From: Eubacteriales bacterium
GTDB taxonomy: Bacteria; Bacillota; Clostridia; Oscillospirales; CAG-272
Length of the DNA stretch: 64,000 nt
Direction of reading: 5' to 3'
Assembly (NCBI GenBank): GCA_045531965.1
Contig: JAZSFA010000045.1
Location: forward strand, 11,714-75,713
The translations under genes were made by a program, and so were the position numbers. Numbering within the stretch: position 1 is the first letter of the stretch; every line of letters starts with the position of its first letter. A model generated the notes under the pieces. It had not been told where the DNA came from. It saw nothing but the letters and a program-made list of their open reading frames with translations, and searched no databases. This document shows, piece after piece, positions 24,827 to 32,980 of this stretch.

Positions 24827-26851
24827 TTAAATATCCGCGTCCTTGGCGTATTCCTGACCATGCAGGGCGATAAACGCCTTTCTGGCGGGCAGGTCGTCGC
24901 CCAGGAGGGTGTCGAACATGACAGCGGTAGATGCGGCGTCGGTGGGGGTCACGCGGATGAGGTGACGGGTGGCGGGATCCATGGTAGTGTAGGACATCAT
25001 CTGAGGGGAGTTTTCACCCAAACCTTTAGAACGTTTGATGGTATATCGACTGTTGCCCAATTCTTTCAAAAGATTGGCTTTTTCAAATTCATCGTAAGCA
25101 TACAGCGTCTCATTCTTGGTCTTGATCTCAAACAAAGGAGTTTCCGCGATGAACACTTTGCCTTCCTGCAGAAGAGTAGGCAGGAGACGGTAGAACAAGG
25201 TGAGCAGCAGGGTGCGGATTTGGAATCCGTCTTCGTCCGCATCGGTGCAAAGGATGATCTTGGACCAGCGAAGCTGACTCAGGTCAAAGGTTGCCAGATC
25301 CTTTTTTTCTTTGGCTGCTTTACCTTCGATCTCTACACCGCAACCGATGACACGGAGCAGATCGGTAATGATTTCGCTCTTGAAAATGCGCTCGTAGTCT
25401 GCCTTGAGACAGTTCAGGGTTTTACCGCGCACGGGGATAACCGCCTGAAATTCGGCGTTTCTTGCCAGCTTGACTGAGGTCAGAGCCGAGTCACCTTCCA
25501 CGATATAAAGCTCGCGCAGTGCGGGATCCTTGGAGCGGCAACTGACGAACTTTTCCACTCGATTGGAAATATCCACGTTGCCGATCAGCTTCTTTTTGAT
25601 GATGTTGGAGCGAGTAGTTTCTGCGGTCTCCCGCGCCTTTTTATTCAGCAGTACCTGACCGATAAAAGCTTCGGTTTCTACGGGATGTTCGATGAAATAA
25701 ACTTCCAACTGGTTCTTCAGGAACTCGTACATGGCACTTTGAATAAAGGTGTTGGTGATTGCTTTCTTGGTTTGATTAGCGTAGGAAGTTTGCGTCGAGA
25801 AGGAGTTGATCACGATGATCAAACTCTCGGCAATGTCCTGGAAGGGGATTTTGGTGTCTCCTTTGTATTTGCCATTGTTTTTCAGGTATTTTTCCACAGC
25901 ATACTGAAAAGCAAGCTGTACCGCCTTGGCAGGTGAACCGCCTTGCTCGAGAAAACTGGAATTATGGTAGTATTCCGCCATTCGAACCTTGGAAGACGCA
26001 CAAAACACAAAGTCTGCCTTGAGACGGTAATCTTCTTTGTCGTCTCGGTCGCGTCCCTGGGTTTCAAGATGCCAGGAAACCGGCTGTATCAACGCCGCAT
26101 CTCCTACAGTCTCCTTGACGTAGTCGGCGATACCTTCCGCATAAAGAAAGGAGTGATTTTCAAAGGTGCCATCAGCTTTTTCGAATGCCAGATCAAAACG
26201 GATTCCCGCGTTGACCACTGCCTGACGGTGGAGAAGATCTTTGAAAAATTCCAAGGGAATGTCGATGTCAGTAAAAACCTCCAGATCGGGCTTCCAACGA
26301 ATGACGGTACCCGTACGCATGGTCTTCTTATCCAGCGGTTCCTCTTCCAGTTTGGAAACGGCCTTGCCTTTTTTGAATTTGATGCGGCGGCAGGTTTTGC
26401 CGTCGTAGGAAGAAACCGTCATGTACTCCGAGCTGTACTGTGTGGCACAAGCACCCAGACCGTTGAGTCCCAACGAAAACTCATAAGCGGAAGCGCCGCT
26501 GTTATTATTATATTTACCGCCTGCATACAGCTCACAGTAAATGAGATCCCAGTTCCAGCGCTTTTCCCGCTCGTTCCATCCCAGCGGAACGCCGCGACCA
26601 TGGTCGTCTACTTCTAAGGATTTATCCTTGTAGCGGGTGATCTTGATGACCGAGCCGTGTCCTTCTCTTGCCTCGTCAACCGAGTTGGAAAGGATCTCAA
26701 AGAAGGAATGCTCGCATCCCTCCAAGCCGTCAGAACCGAAAATGACAGCGGGCCGTTTGCGGACACGGTCGGCTCCTTTCAGAGAAGTGATACTGTTATC
26801 GTCATAGCCAACAGGCTGTTGGACTTTCTTTTTTGTCGTTGCAGATGCCAT
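24827..26851 (-). CDS. Type IIA DNA topoisomerase subunit B paralog (GyrB/ParE family), with no A-subunit gene in the window
   Basis: GHKL motifs EILSNSVDEA, DDHGRGVP and GLNGLGAC. QTK loop ANQTKKA. Toprim motifs EGDSA and TDADEDG. Also KGLGEN. I prefer the start MASATTKKK (ATG at 26851, AAGGAG upstream). It is divergent from canonical GyrB (AVIFGSDGLEGCEH, ELYAGGKY). Confidence 0.9.
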   Translation of the reverse strand: MASATTKKKVQQPVGYDDNSITSLKGADRVRKRPAVIFGSDGLEGCEHSFFEILSNSVDEAREGHGSVIKITRYKDKSLEVDDHGRGVPLGWNEREKRWNWDLIYCELYAGGKYNNNSGASAYEFSLGLNGLGACATQYSSEYMTVSSYDGKTCRRIKFKKGKAVSKLEEEPLDKKTMRTGTVIRWKPDLEVFTDIDIPLEFFKDLLHRQAVVNAGIRFDLAFEKADGTFENHSFLYAEGIADYVKETVGDAALIQPVSWHLETQGRDRDDKEDYRLKADFVFCASSKVRMAEYYHNSSFLEQGGSPAKAVQLAFQYAVEKYLKNNGKYKGDTKIPFQDIAESLIIVINSFSTQTSYANQTKKAITNTFIQSAMYEFLKNQLEVYFIEHPVETEAFIGQVLLNKKARETAETTRSNIIKKKLIGNVDISNRVEKFVSCRSKDPALRELYIVEGDSALTSVKLARNAEFQAVIPVRGKTLNCLKADYERIFKSEIITDLLRVIGCGVEIEGKAAKEKKDLATFDLSQLRWSKIILCTDADEDGFQIRTLLLTLFYRLLPTLLQEGKVFIAETPLFEIKTKNETLYAYDEFEKANLLKELGNSRYTIKRSKGLGENSPQMMSYTTMDPATRHLIRVTPTDAASTAVMFDTLLGDDLPARKAFIALHGQEYAKDADI

Positions 26852-26995
26852 ATATGCTCCTTGTTTTATCATCATTTATAATCAATAGTCTAAAAAATCT
26901 ATCCATATTATTATAACATACATTTCCGTAAATTTCAAGAGGGATAGGCATAAACTTTTTTTGAACAAGATCAGGCAGACCGACGAATGTCAATG

Positions 26996-27024
26996 GTTGA
27001 CAAAATGCTTTTCCCGTGATATAA
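26996..27024 (+). promoter_or_regulatory. Consensus sigma-A promoter of the 705-aa gene
   Basis: TTGACA, 17 nt, TATAAT (perfect), followed by AAGGAGG and GTG at 27048. Confidence 0.65.
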
Positions 27025-27047
27025 TCAAGAAAAAGGAGGTGGCGATA

Positions 27048-29165
27048 GTGGAAGGTACTGTGTCTTTGACCAAACGATCTGCAGGAGGGGCGTTTCTCTC
27101 TGAGAACCGAGAAGCTTATGAATTGATTTCAGATGCTCATCCGATAGTGACGGACAAGCTCTTACTTGCGGTTAATGGCTACGCCCCTGAGGACGGCATG
27201 CGCCCTCCTACCTTCACGGTTGCCATGGGCGGCGTTGAAGGACTGTACGAAAAACTTTACCGTGAATTGATCGAGTCCAACGACATACACGACCACGTTC
27301 TGAGATTAACTTTTGGTGAAATGGAGGGACGCCAGACTCACCCTTTGGCGCGTTATAGTGCAGCCTTGGCAGAGCTCGAAGCGTTGGATATTTTAACATG
27401 TTGGTCTGAAAAAGATGAGAACGTCCTTCCGCCTGAAATCTGTGCTGAGCGTCTCGCCAAAGAGATTCCCCAATGTATTGATGCCCTTCGGGATGTGATT
27501 AGAACTGAAACGGGACCTCGTCCCGGCAGTGAGCGATTTTTTAACGTTTCCTTAGGGGCTTGCCGTGTCTCTCCTGTGGGAAACGGCGTATATTATGTGG
27601 ATGTGTTCTCCGCCGGAGATTTTTCACTATTCCTTTTGGATGCACAGGGAATGCGTCCTCTGTGGATTCGGGAAACCGCGTTGATCACCTGCGGTGGTGG
27701 TGCTGAGGTGGTCACCGAGAGGTTGATCCTTCAGCATCCGGAACCGTTTGCCCTGTTCTTGCTGTCCAAGGGAATCTGTGAGCCGTCAACCGCAGATCAG
27801 CGAGGGATATCTGAACATCCCGGACTGATTTGGCGACATCGCATGCGCATGGAGGAACTGTTCGTCCGTCTTCTGACGACTGGGAATGATCCACTGGAAG
27901 TTGCGGATGCCGCCGTACAGCTGTTGGCAGGAAGATGTCACGGATGGGATAGCGTTTCGGGTGCGTTTTTGATTTGCGGAGGTAGTTACGAATCCCTCAA
28001 AGTAGCCTGTCAGCCCCGTTTGACCCGTCTTGAGCATATGATTGCCCTCTTTCCGCGAGGATATGATCCCGAGCATATGCCGCAACCGATGGGCAAAGAG
28101 ACTGTAGAAAAGGCGTTTGTTCAGGGTGTTTTTCGTACGAGACCTCGTATACTTGAAAAAACCAAGGAGACTTTGTCTGTTCTGGCGACTGAAATGCTGA
28201 AGAATGAGATGGACGGGACACCGTGTGACGTGCGTCAAGCCCCCGATCTTTTGACGCCTGATGATGTGCGTGCTGTTTTTGTTGTGTTTGACAGTCAAAA
28301 CACGACCGATCGCCAAAAACTTTCAGCCAACAAGGGACACATCCGTGACCTTCTGTCAGAGCATTGGCTGACTTTGCGTCCCCTGCTTGCCGAAGACATT
28401 CAGGCTGACCCTTCCGGAGCTTTGGCGTATGACGCTTGCCTGAGACTGCAAAAATACGTGAATCGGTTGACGGCATACAGAAGAACGCTTATGGAAGAAT
28501 TGCAACGTCATCTGACCCTTGATCTCGAAACTTTGATGTTCCAAAAGGACGACTGGCTACGGGGCAGGGGCGGCGACGATAGCGTGGGCGCTTGGTTTGA
28601 TGCTGTGGGGAAAGACTTGTCTGCACAGGTGGATAAGACCCGCAAGGAATGGAATCGTTTGTCAGAATGCTTGCGTAGTATGCGGTCAGCGTATACAGAG
28701 GAACGGGATCGCCTGTTTGCTTCGGATACTAAAAAGCAAGGATGTACGTGGAAAGATACATATTCGCAGATATTGGATGGCACACTGGATGCTGATTCTT
28801 GGTTCAGGTATCAACATGCCATTGAAACACGGATTCCCGCTTACAGCGAGCTTCTGAAAGTGATCAAAACGCTCTCAGAGAGAAACGGCGAATTGTGTGA
28901 ACGTATCCGTGAACGTGCCGCTGAGAGAAAAACGGCAAGCACCATCGCTGAAGCAGAGCACTGGCAGACCCAATGCCTACTGGGCGCTTTGCGGGAAGAT
29001 TCTGCGTGGGGAGACACTTGCCTTGCCATGATTGATAATGGTATTCGAAATGAATACCGAGCGGCGGTTCGACGTTGGCAGGAGGAGACAGAGTTGCTTG
29101 TGCGGCAAAAGGATGCTTTTGAGAGTTACCGAACAATGTACGGTATGTATTGCACAGAATTATAA
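27048..29165 (+). CDS. Large hypothetical cytoplasmic protein (705 aa): an N-terminal alpha/beta half and a helical, coiled-coil-like C-terminal half
   Basis: In-frame GTG at 27048, 8 nt after AAGGAGG. The 29 codons of the track ORF upstream of it cover the promoter. No TM segment or signal peptide. See findings for a weak PP2C-like pattern in the N-terminal half. Confidence 0.75.
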   Translation: MEGTVSLTKRSAGGAFLSENREAYELISDAHPIVTDKLLLAVNGYAPEDGMRPPTFTVAMGGVEGLYEKLYRELIESNDIHDHVLRLTFGEMEGRQTHPLARYSAALAELEALDILTCWSEKDENVLPPEICAERLAKEIPQCIDALRDVIRTETGPRPGSERFFNVSLGACRVSPVGNGVYYVDVFSAGDFSLFLLDAQGMRPLWIRETALITCGGGAEVVTERLILQHPEPFALFLLSKGICEPSTADQRGISEHPGLIWRHRMRMEELFVRLLTTGNDPLEVADAAVQLLAGRCHGWDSVSGAFLICGGSYESLKVACQPRLTRLEHMIALFPRGYDPEHMPQPMGKETVEKAFVQGVFRTRPRILEKTKETLSVLATEMLKNEMDGTPCDVRQAPDLLTPDDVRAVFVVFDSQNTTDRQKLSANKGHIRDLLSEHWLTLRPLLAEDIQADPSGALAYDACLRLQKYVNRLTAYRRTLMEELQRHLTLDLETLMFQKDDWLRGRGGDDSVGAWFDAVGKDLSAQVDKTRKEWNRLSECLRSMRSAYTEERDRLFASDTKKQGCTWKDTYSQILDGTLDADSWFRYQHAIETRIPAYSELLKVIKTLSERNGELCERIRERAAERKTASTIAEAEHWQTQCLLGALREDSAWGDTCLAMIDNGIRNEYRAAVRRWQEETELLVRQKDAFESYRTMYGMYCTEL

Positions 29166-29226
29166 CAGTTTTTGCGGAGGTTCTAAGGATCTCCGCAAAA
29201 AAGTAAAAAATCTTTTCAAAAAGCCC

Positions 29227-29255
29227 TTGACAAACCGAACGAGGTATGATATACT
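29227..29255 (+). promoter_or_regulatory. Sigma-A promoter (extended -10) of the infC-rpmI-rplT operon
   Basis: TTGACA, 17 nt, TATACT, with TGn immediately upstream of the -10. Confidence 0.6.
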
Positions 29256-29261
29256 GTATCG

Positions 29262-29410
29262 GTAAAGAAGCGAAACCGCCCGGTTTCCACCCTGCCGCCT
29301 ATGAGCGCGCTCGGTCAATAGGGTTGGATCCGAAGGATCCGAACCAACCGTTCCCACCGTAGGTGGAAGTGTGTGCCGGGGCTTTGCGCTTCGGTGCAAT
29401 TTTTATTTTG
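29262..29410 (+). promoter_or_regulatory. Structured infC operon leader with an attenuator hairpin (candidate L20-leader)
   Basis: Nested hairpins GGTTGGATCCGAAGGATCCGAACCAACC and TTCCCACCgtaGGTGGAA. Then UGCGC-UUCG-GUGCA followed by AUUUUUAUUUU (29385-29410), directly before the RBS. Firmicute infC operons are controlled by an L20-binding attenuator. Confidence 0.5.
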
Positions 29411-29423
29411 GAGGTGTGTACCT

Positions 29424-29960
29424 ATCGCAAACAATGCTAAAGAAGCCCAGACCCCCATCAACGAGGCGATCAATCTTCCTGAAGTAAGAGTGATCAACAC
29501 CGATGGCGAACCCTTGGGCATCATGAGCTCTAAGGAAGCTCAGAAGCTGGCTTATGAGAAAGATATGGACCTGGTTTTGATCGCGCCTCAGGCAAATCCC
29601 CCTGTGGTCAAGATCATGGACTATGGCAAGTATCTGTTTGAAAAGCAGAAGCGTGAAAAAGAAGCTAAGAAGAAGCAACAGACCATTGAGGTCAAGGAGA
29701 TTCAGCTCTCCTGCCGCATTGATACCCACGACTATGAAACCAAGCTCAATCAGGCGAAGAAATTTCTGACAAGCGGCAATAAGGTTCGTGTGGTGTTGAA
29801 GTTCAAGGGTCGTGAGATGAGCCACCAGGCCATCGGACGCGAGCTTCTAGAGCGTTTTCAGGCGGATGCCGCAGAGGTTGGACAGTGCGAAAAGAAACCC
29901 GTGCTTGACGGACGCTTCATGAGCATGATCATCAATCCTCTCTCGAACAAAGCTAAATAA
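29424..29960 (+). CDS. infC: Translation initiation factor IF-3, with a probable non-canonical ATC start
   Basis: INEAINLPEVRVINTDGEPLGIM is the conserved N-domain, and KEIQLSCRIDTHDYETKLNQAKKFL is the C-domain. GGAGG at 29411-29415. The only in-frame start-like codon at suitable spacing is ATC at 29424. The track ATG at 29373 lies inside the attenuator. Confidence 0.88.
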   Translation: MANNAKEAQTPINEAINLPEVRVINTDGEPLGIMSSKEAQKLAYEKDMDLVLIAPQANPPVVKIMDYGKYLFEKQKREKEAKKKQQTIEVKEIQLSCRIDTHDYETKLNQAKKFLTSGNKVRVVLKFKGREMSHQAIGRELLERFQADAAEVGQCEKKPVLDGRFMSMIINPLSNKAK

Positions 29961-30022
29961 TGTTCGATAGGTTTTAAACCATAACAAAAAAATTATTATA
30001 ACACGAAAGAAGGAACACAAAA

Positions 30023-30217
30023 ATGGGAAAGGTTAAGACACATCGCGCTTCTGCCAAGAGATTTTCCGTTACCGGAACCGGCAAAGTGAAGATCAACCAC
30101 TGCCACCACCGCCACAACCTGGGCAAGAAGACCGCGAAGAGAAAGAGACATCTTCGCACCGCAAGCATTCTGAGTGACGCAATGACTGCGAACATCAGAG
30201 CTATGATCCAGAAGTGA
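30023..30217 (+). CDS. rpmI: 50S ribosomal protein L35
   Basis: MGKVKTHRASAKRFSVTGTGKVK..., 64 aa. Confidence 0.97.
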   Translation: MGKVKTHRASAKRFSVTGTGKVKINHCHHRHNLGKKTAKRKRHLRTASILSDAMTANIRAMIQK

Positions 30218-30247
30218 TCGGGAACGACGAAAAGGAGGAAATGAACA

Positions 30248-30601
30248 ATGGCAAGAGTTAAGGGCGCAATGATGACCCGTAAGAGAAGAAACAAGGTTCT
30301 GAAGGCTGCTAAGGGTTACTGGGGTAGCAAGTCCAAGCACTTCAAGATGGCTAAGCAAGCCGTCATGAAGAGTGGCAACTACGCTTTCGCCGGTCGCCGC
30401 ATGAAGAAGAGAGATTTCCGCCGTCTGTGGATCACTCGTATTTCTGCTGCTTGCAAGGCTAACGGCATGAACTACTCTACTTTCATGAATGGTCTGAAGA
30501 AGGCAGGTATTACTTTGAACCGCAAGATGCTCTCTGAGATCGCCATCGCTGATGCTGCTGCATTCACCGCTCTTTGCGAGCAGGCTAAGGCAGCTCTGTA
30601 A
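30248..30601 (+). CDS. rplT: 50S ribosomal protein L20
   Basis: [29 protein letters not shown]..., 117 aa. Confidence 0.97.
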   Translation: MARVKGAMMTRKRRNKVLKAAKGYWGSKSKHFKMAKQAVMKSGNYAFAGRRMKKRDFRRLWITRISAACKANGMNYSTFMNGLKKAGITLNRKMLSEIAIADAAAFTALCEQAKAAL

Positions 30602-30612
30602 GCTATTTTGAT

Positions 30613-30643
30613 AAAAACCCGGACAGGTTGTGCCGGGTTTTTG
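30613..30643 (+). terminator. rplT intrinsic terminator
   Basis: AAAACCCGG-loop-CCGGGTTTTTG. Confidence 0.85.
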
Positions 30644-30686
30644 TCATAGAATGGGGGTGTTCATTTGCCCCGGAAAGGAGGAAATT

Positions 30687-31535
30687 ATGGGCTTTTTCTA
30701 TCAAGGAGAGGTTGTTGTTTCGCGGCAAAACCGCCGTGTGGTTGACCTTTGCAAACTGGAAGACCGCAAAACAAGACAGGCACAAAAACGCTTTCGTTTC
30801 GATGGTGTAAAACTGTTCTGCGAAGCAGTGATCAGGGACGTGCCGCTGGTTTGTATCTATCTGCGAAAGAGCAGTATGGAAAGGGTGGAAAATCGCTTTC
30901 GGGAATTGACGGGACGATTGCCCGAAACGGTCACTTGCCCGGCTTACGTGTTGGCCGACGAGCTTTTTGATCGAATTTCTACGGAAAATGCCCCCGAAGG
31001 CATTATTTGTGTGGCGGAATATATTGACAGATTCCATAAAAAGTATATAATAAAGAAGGAAGCTGCGCTTGATCTGCCTGAAGGACCCATGCTTCTTCTG
31101 GAATCTGTCAGAGATCCCCTCAATGTGGGGGCAGTCATCCGGACTGCGGCGGCGTTGGGCATTCAGCACTTGATTCTCAGTGAGGACTGCGCTGATTTGT
31201 ATCATCCCAAAACGCTTCGTGCTGCGATGGGTCCGCTATTTTCCCAGTCTGTAACTCGGGTGGATGATCTGACTGCTGCCGTGGAAAGAATCGTTGCGAG
31301 CGGTCGCCGTGTGTTCGCTGCAGCCTTGGATGAGTCGGCGGTTAAGCTGGGCGCTTTGACCTTTGAAAAAGGAGACTGTGTTGTTATCGGCAACGAAGGA
31401 CATGGGCTGTCAGAGGGCTTGATTCGGGCTTGTACCCAAAGCCTCTATATTCCCATGCAGGGCGATACGGAGTCCTTGAACGCCGGTGTTGCCGCAGCGT
31501 TGCTCATGTGGGAATTGTGCAAATCCCATATGTGA
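30687..31535 (+). CDS. TrmH/SpoU-family RNA methyltransferase (RlmB-like)
   Basis: The ATG at 30687 follows AAAGGAGG. Motifs: LLLESVRDPLNVGAVIRTAAALG, VVIGNEGHGLSE and IPMQGDTESLNAGVAAALLMWE. Confidence 0.85.
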   Translation: MGFFYQGEVVVSRQNRRVVDLCKLEDRKTRQAQKRFRFDGVKLFCEAVIRDVPLVCIYLRKSSMERVENRFRELTGRLPETVTCPAYVLADELFDRISTENAPEGIICVAEYIDRFHKKYIIKKEAALDLPEGPMLLLESVRDPLNVGAVIRTAAALGIQHLILSEDCADLYHPKTLRAAMGPLFSQSVTRVDDLTAAVERIVASGRRVFAAALDESAVKLGALTFEKGDCVVIGNEGHGLSEGLIRACTQSLYIPMQGDTESLNAGVAAALLMWELCKSHM

Positions 31536-31580
31536 CTTGATGTTTCCCCTTATGTCATGCCAAAAGAAAGGAGCTTTGCT

Positions 31581-32924
31581 ATGAAAGACCGCTTGTTTGA
31601 AATATGGTTTTCCTTATGCGTAGGCGCGGCTAACCCTGCTTTTATTCCGTTGATGGATCAGTTTACTCCGTACGAGTTGTTCTCCATGGGGGATGATGCC
31701 ATTCAGGAACTGCCTTGCGATGAAAAGCTGAAACAAACTTTGCGTAACAAAAGCTTGGAGGAAAGTCACCGTATCCAACGCTATTGCTATGAACATGATG
31801 TTCATCTTCTTTTTTGGCTGGATGAAGCTTATCCTAAGGTGTTGCGCTTGATCAAGGATCCTCCGTTGCTCCTTTATTATCGCGGTGTTTTGCCTGACTT
31901 TAACAGGGAACTTTGCATCGCTACCGTGGGAACCAGAACCATGAGCGAATACGGTAAACGGATGTCGTATAAAATAGGGTATGAACTGGCGACTGCCGGT
32001 GCGGTTGTGGTTTCAGGCTTAGCGCTGGGTGTTGACGCTGTTGCTGCGGCAGGCGCGATTGCCTCGGGTGGGCGCACTGTTGCTATCTTGGGGTGTGGTA
32101 TTGATATTGTCTATCCCCCTGTTCATGCTACCCTGATGAACGAGATCATTCGACATGGGGCTGTTATGACCGAATATCCACCTGCGGCACGCCCGTTGGG
32201 CTATCATTTTCCGCAAAGAAACCGCATCATTAGCGGGCTTTCTCAGGGAACTGTGGTTATCGAAGCCGATAATGAGTCCGGTGCACTGATTACCGCCAAA
32301 ACAGCGATCGCACAGGGAAGAGATATTTATGCGGTTCCGGGTAATGTGGGCGATCCGAACACTTCGGGTACTAACGATCTGATTTTGGCAGGCGCGGGTG
32401 TTGTTTTGAAAGCGCAGGATATTTTGGATAATTATGCTTTCCTATACCGCGATTCTTTGAAATTGACCCGGCTTAAGGCATTGCCGCCCATTGAAGCACC
32501 GAATGAAGCCGTTCTTGAACGGTTGGCAATCTTTGTGAGGCAACCAAAGCGGTCGACAAGCAAGAAACGTCTGCCCTCTCCTACCTCTTCCGCCAATACC
32601 CCGAGCACGCGATCCACGAAATACGAACGAAGCGAAGAATCAAGTCAGAAAGCAGCGGACATGCCCGAGAAAAAGACCGTCATCAAGCCGCCGGCACCTC
32701 CGCCTTCTGTGCCTCGCAAAGGAGACCTGTCAGAGCAAACGCTCCAGTCGCTCTCCGAGACTCAACGAAAAATTTTCGAGCTGATCCCGTTGGATCATGC
32801 CGTGGCGGTGGATTATCTCGCCAAAGCGGGTTACTCGATGTCGGAGATCATGTCTTCTATGACGATGTTGGAGATTAAAGGTTTGGTTGTCTCCCTCCCC
32901 GGAGGTCTGTTTTCCAGAAAATAA
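31581..32924 (+). CDS. dprA: DNA processing protein DprA/Smf with a long low-complexity linker
   Basis: Rossmann-like core ATVGTRTMSEYG, VVSGLALGVDA, FPQRNRIISGLS, VIEADNESGALITA and GRDIYAVPG. An S/T/P/K-rich linker of about 90 aa, then a C-terminal winged-helix. Confidence 0.9.
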   Translation: MKDRLFEIWFSLCVGAANPAFIPLMDQFTPYELFSMGDDAIQELPCDEKLKQTLRNKSLEESHRIQRYCYEHDVHLLFWLDEAYPKVLRLIKDPPLLLYYRGVLPDFNRELCIATVGTRTMSEYGKRMSYKIGYELATAGAVVVSGLALGVDAVAAAGAIASGGRTVAILGCGIDIVYPPVHATLMNEIIRHGAVMTEYPPAARPLGYHFPQRNRIISGLSQGTVVIEADNESGALITAKTAIAQGRDIYAVPGNVGDPNTSGTNDLILAGAGVVLKAQDILDNYAFLYRDSLKLTRLKALPPIEAPNEAVLERLAIFVRQPKRSTSKKRLPSPTSSANTPSTRSTKYERSEESSQKAADMPEKKTVIKPPAPPPSVPRKGDLSEQTLQSLSETQRKIFELIPLDHAVAVDYLAKAGYSMSEIMSSMTMLEIKGLVVSLPGGLFSRK

Positions 32925-32980
32925 TACGAATATACGACGAAAGTCAAGAGATAGATACTTGAAAGGATATATACCGAATT

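Noticed and set aside
24827-26851. Calling this gene the primary gyrB
   Set aside because: There is no dnaA-dnaN-recF-gyrB-gyrA context and no adjacent gyrA, and the N-terminal motifs are divergent. I treat it as a second GyrB/ParE-family paralog.
29169-29202. Hairpin TTTTTGCGGAG..CTCCGCAAAAA after the 705-aa gene, considered as an intrinsic terminator
   Set aside because: The T-run is 5' and the A-run 3' of the stem in both orientations, so the runs simply extend the stem. No 3' U-tract follows on either strand. I keep it only as a stem-loop of unknown role.
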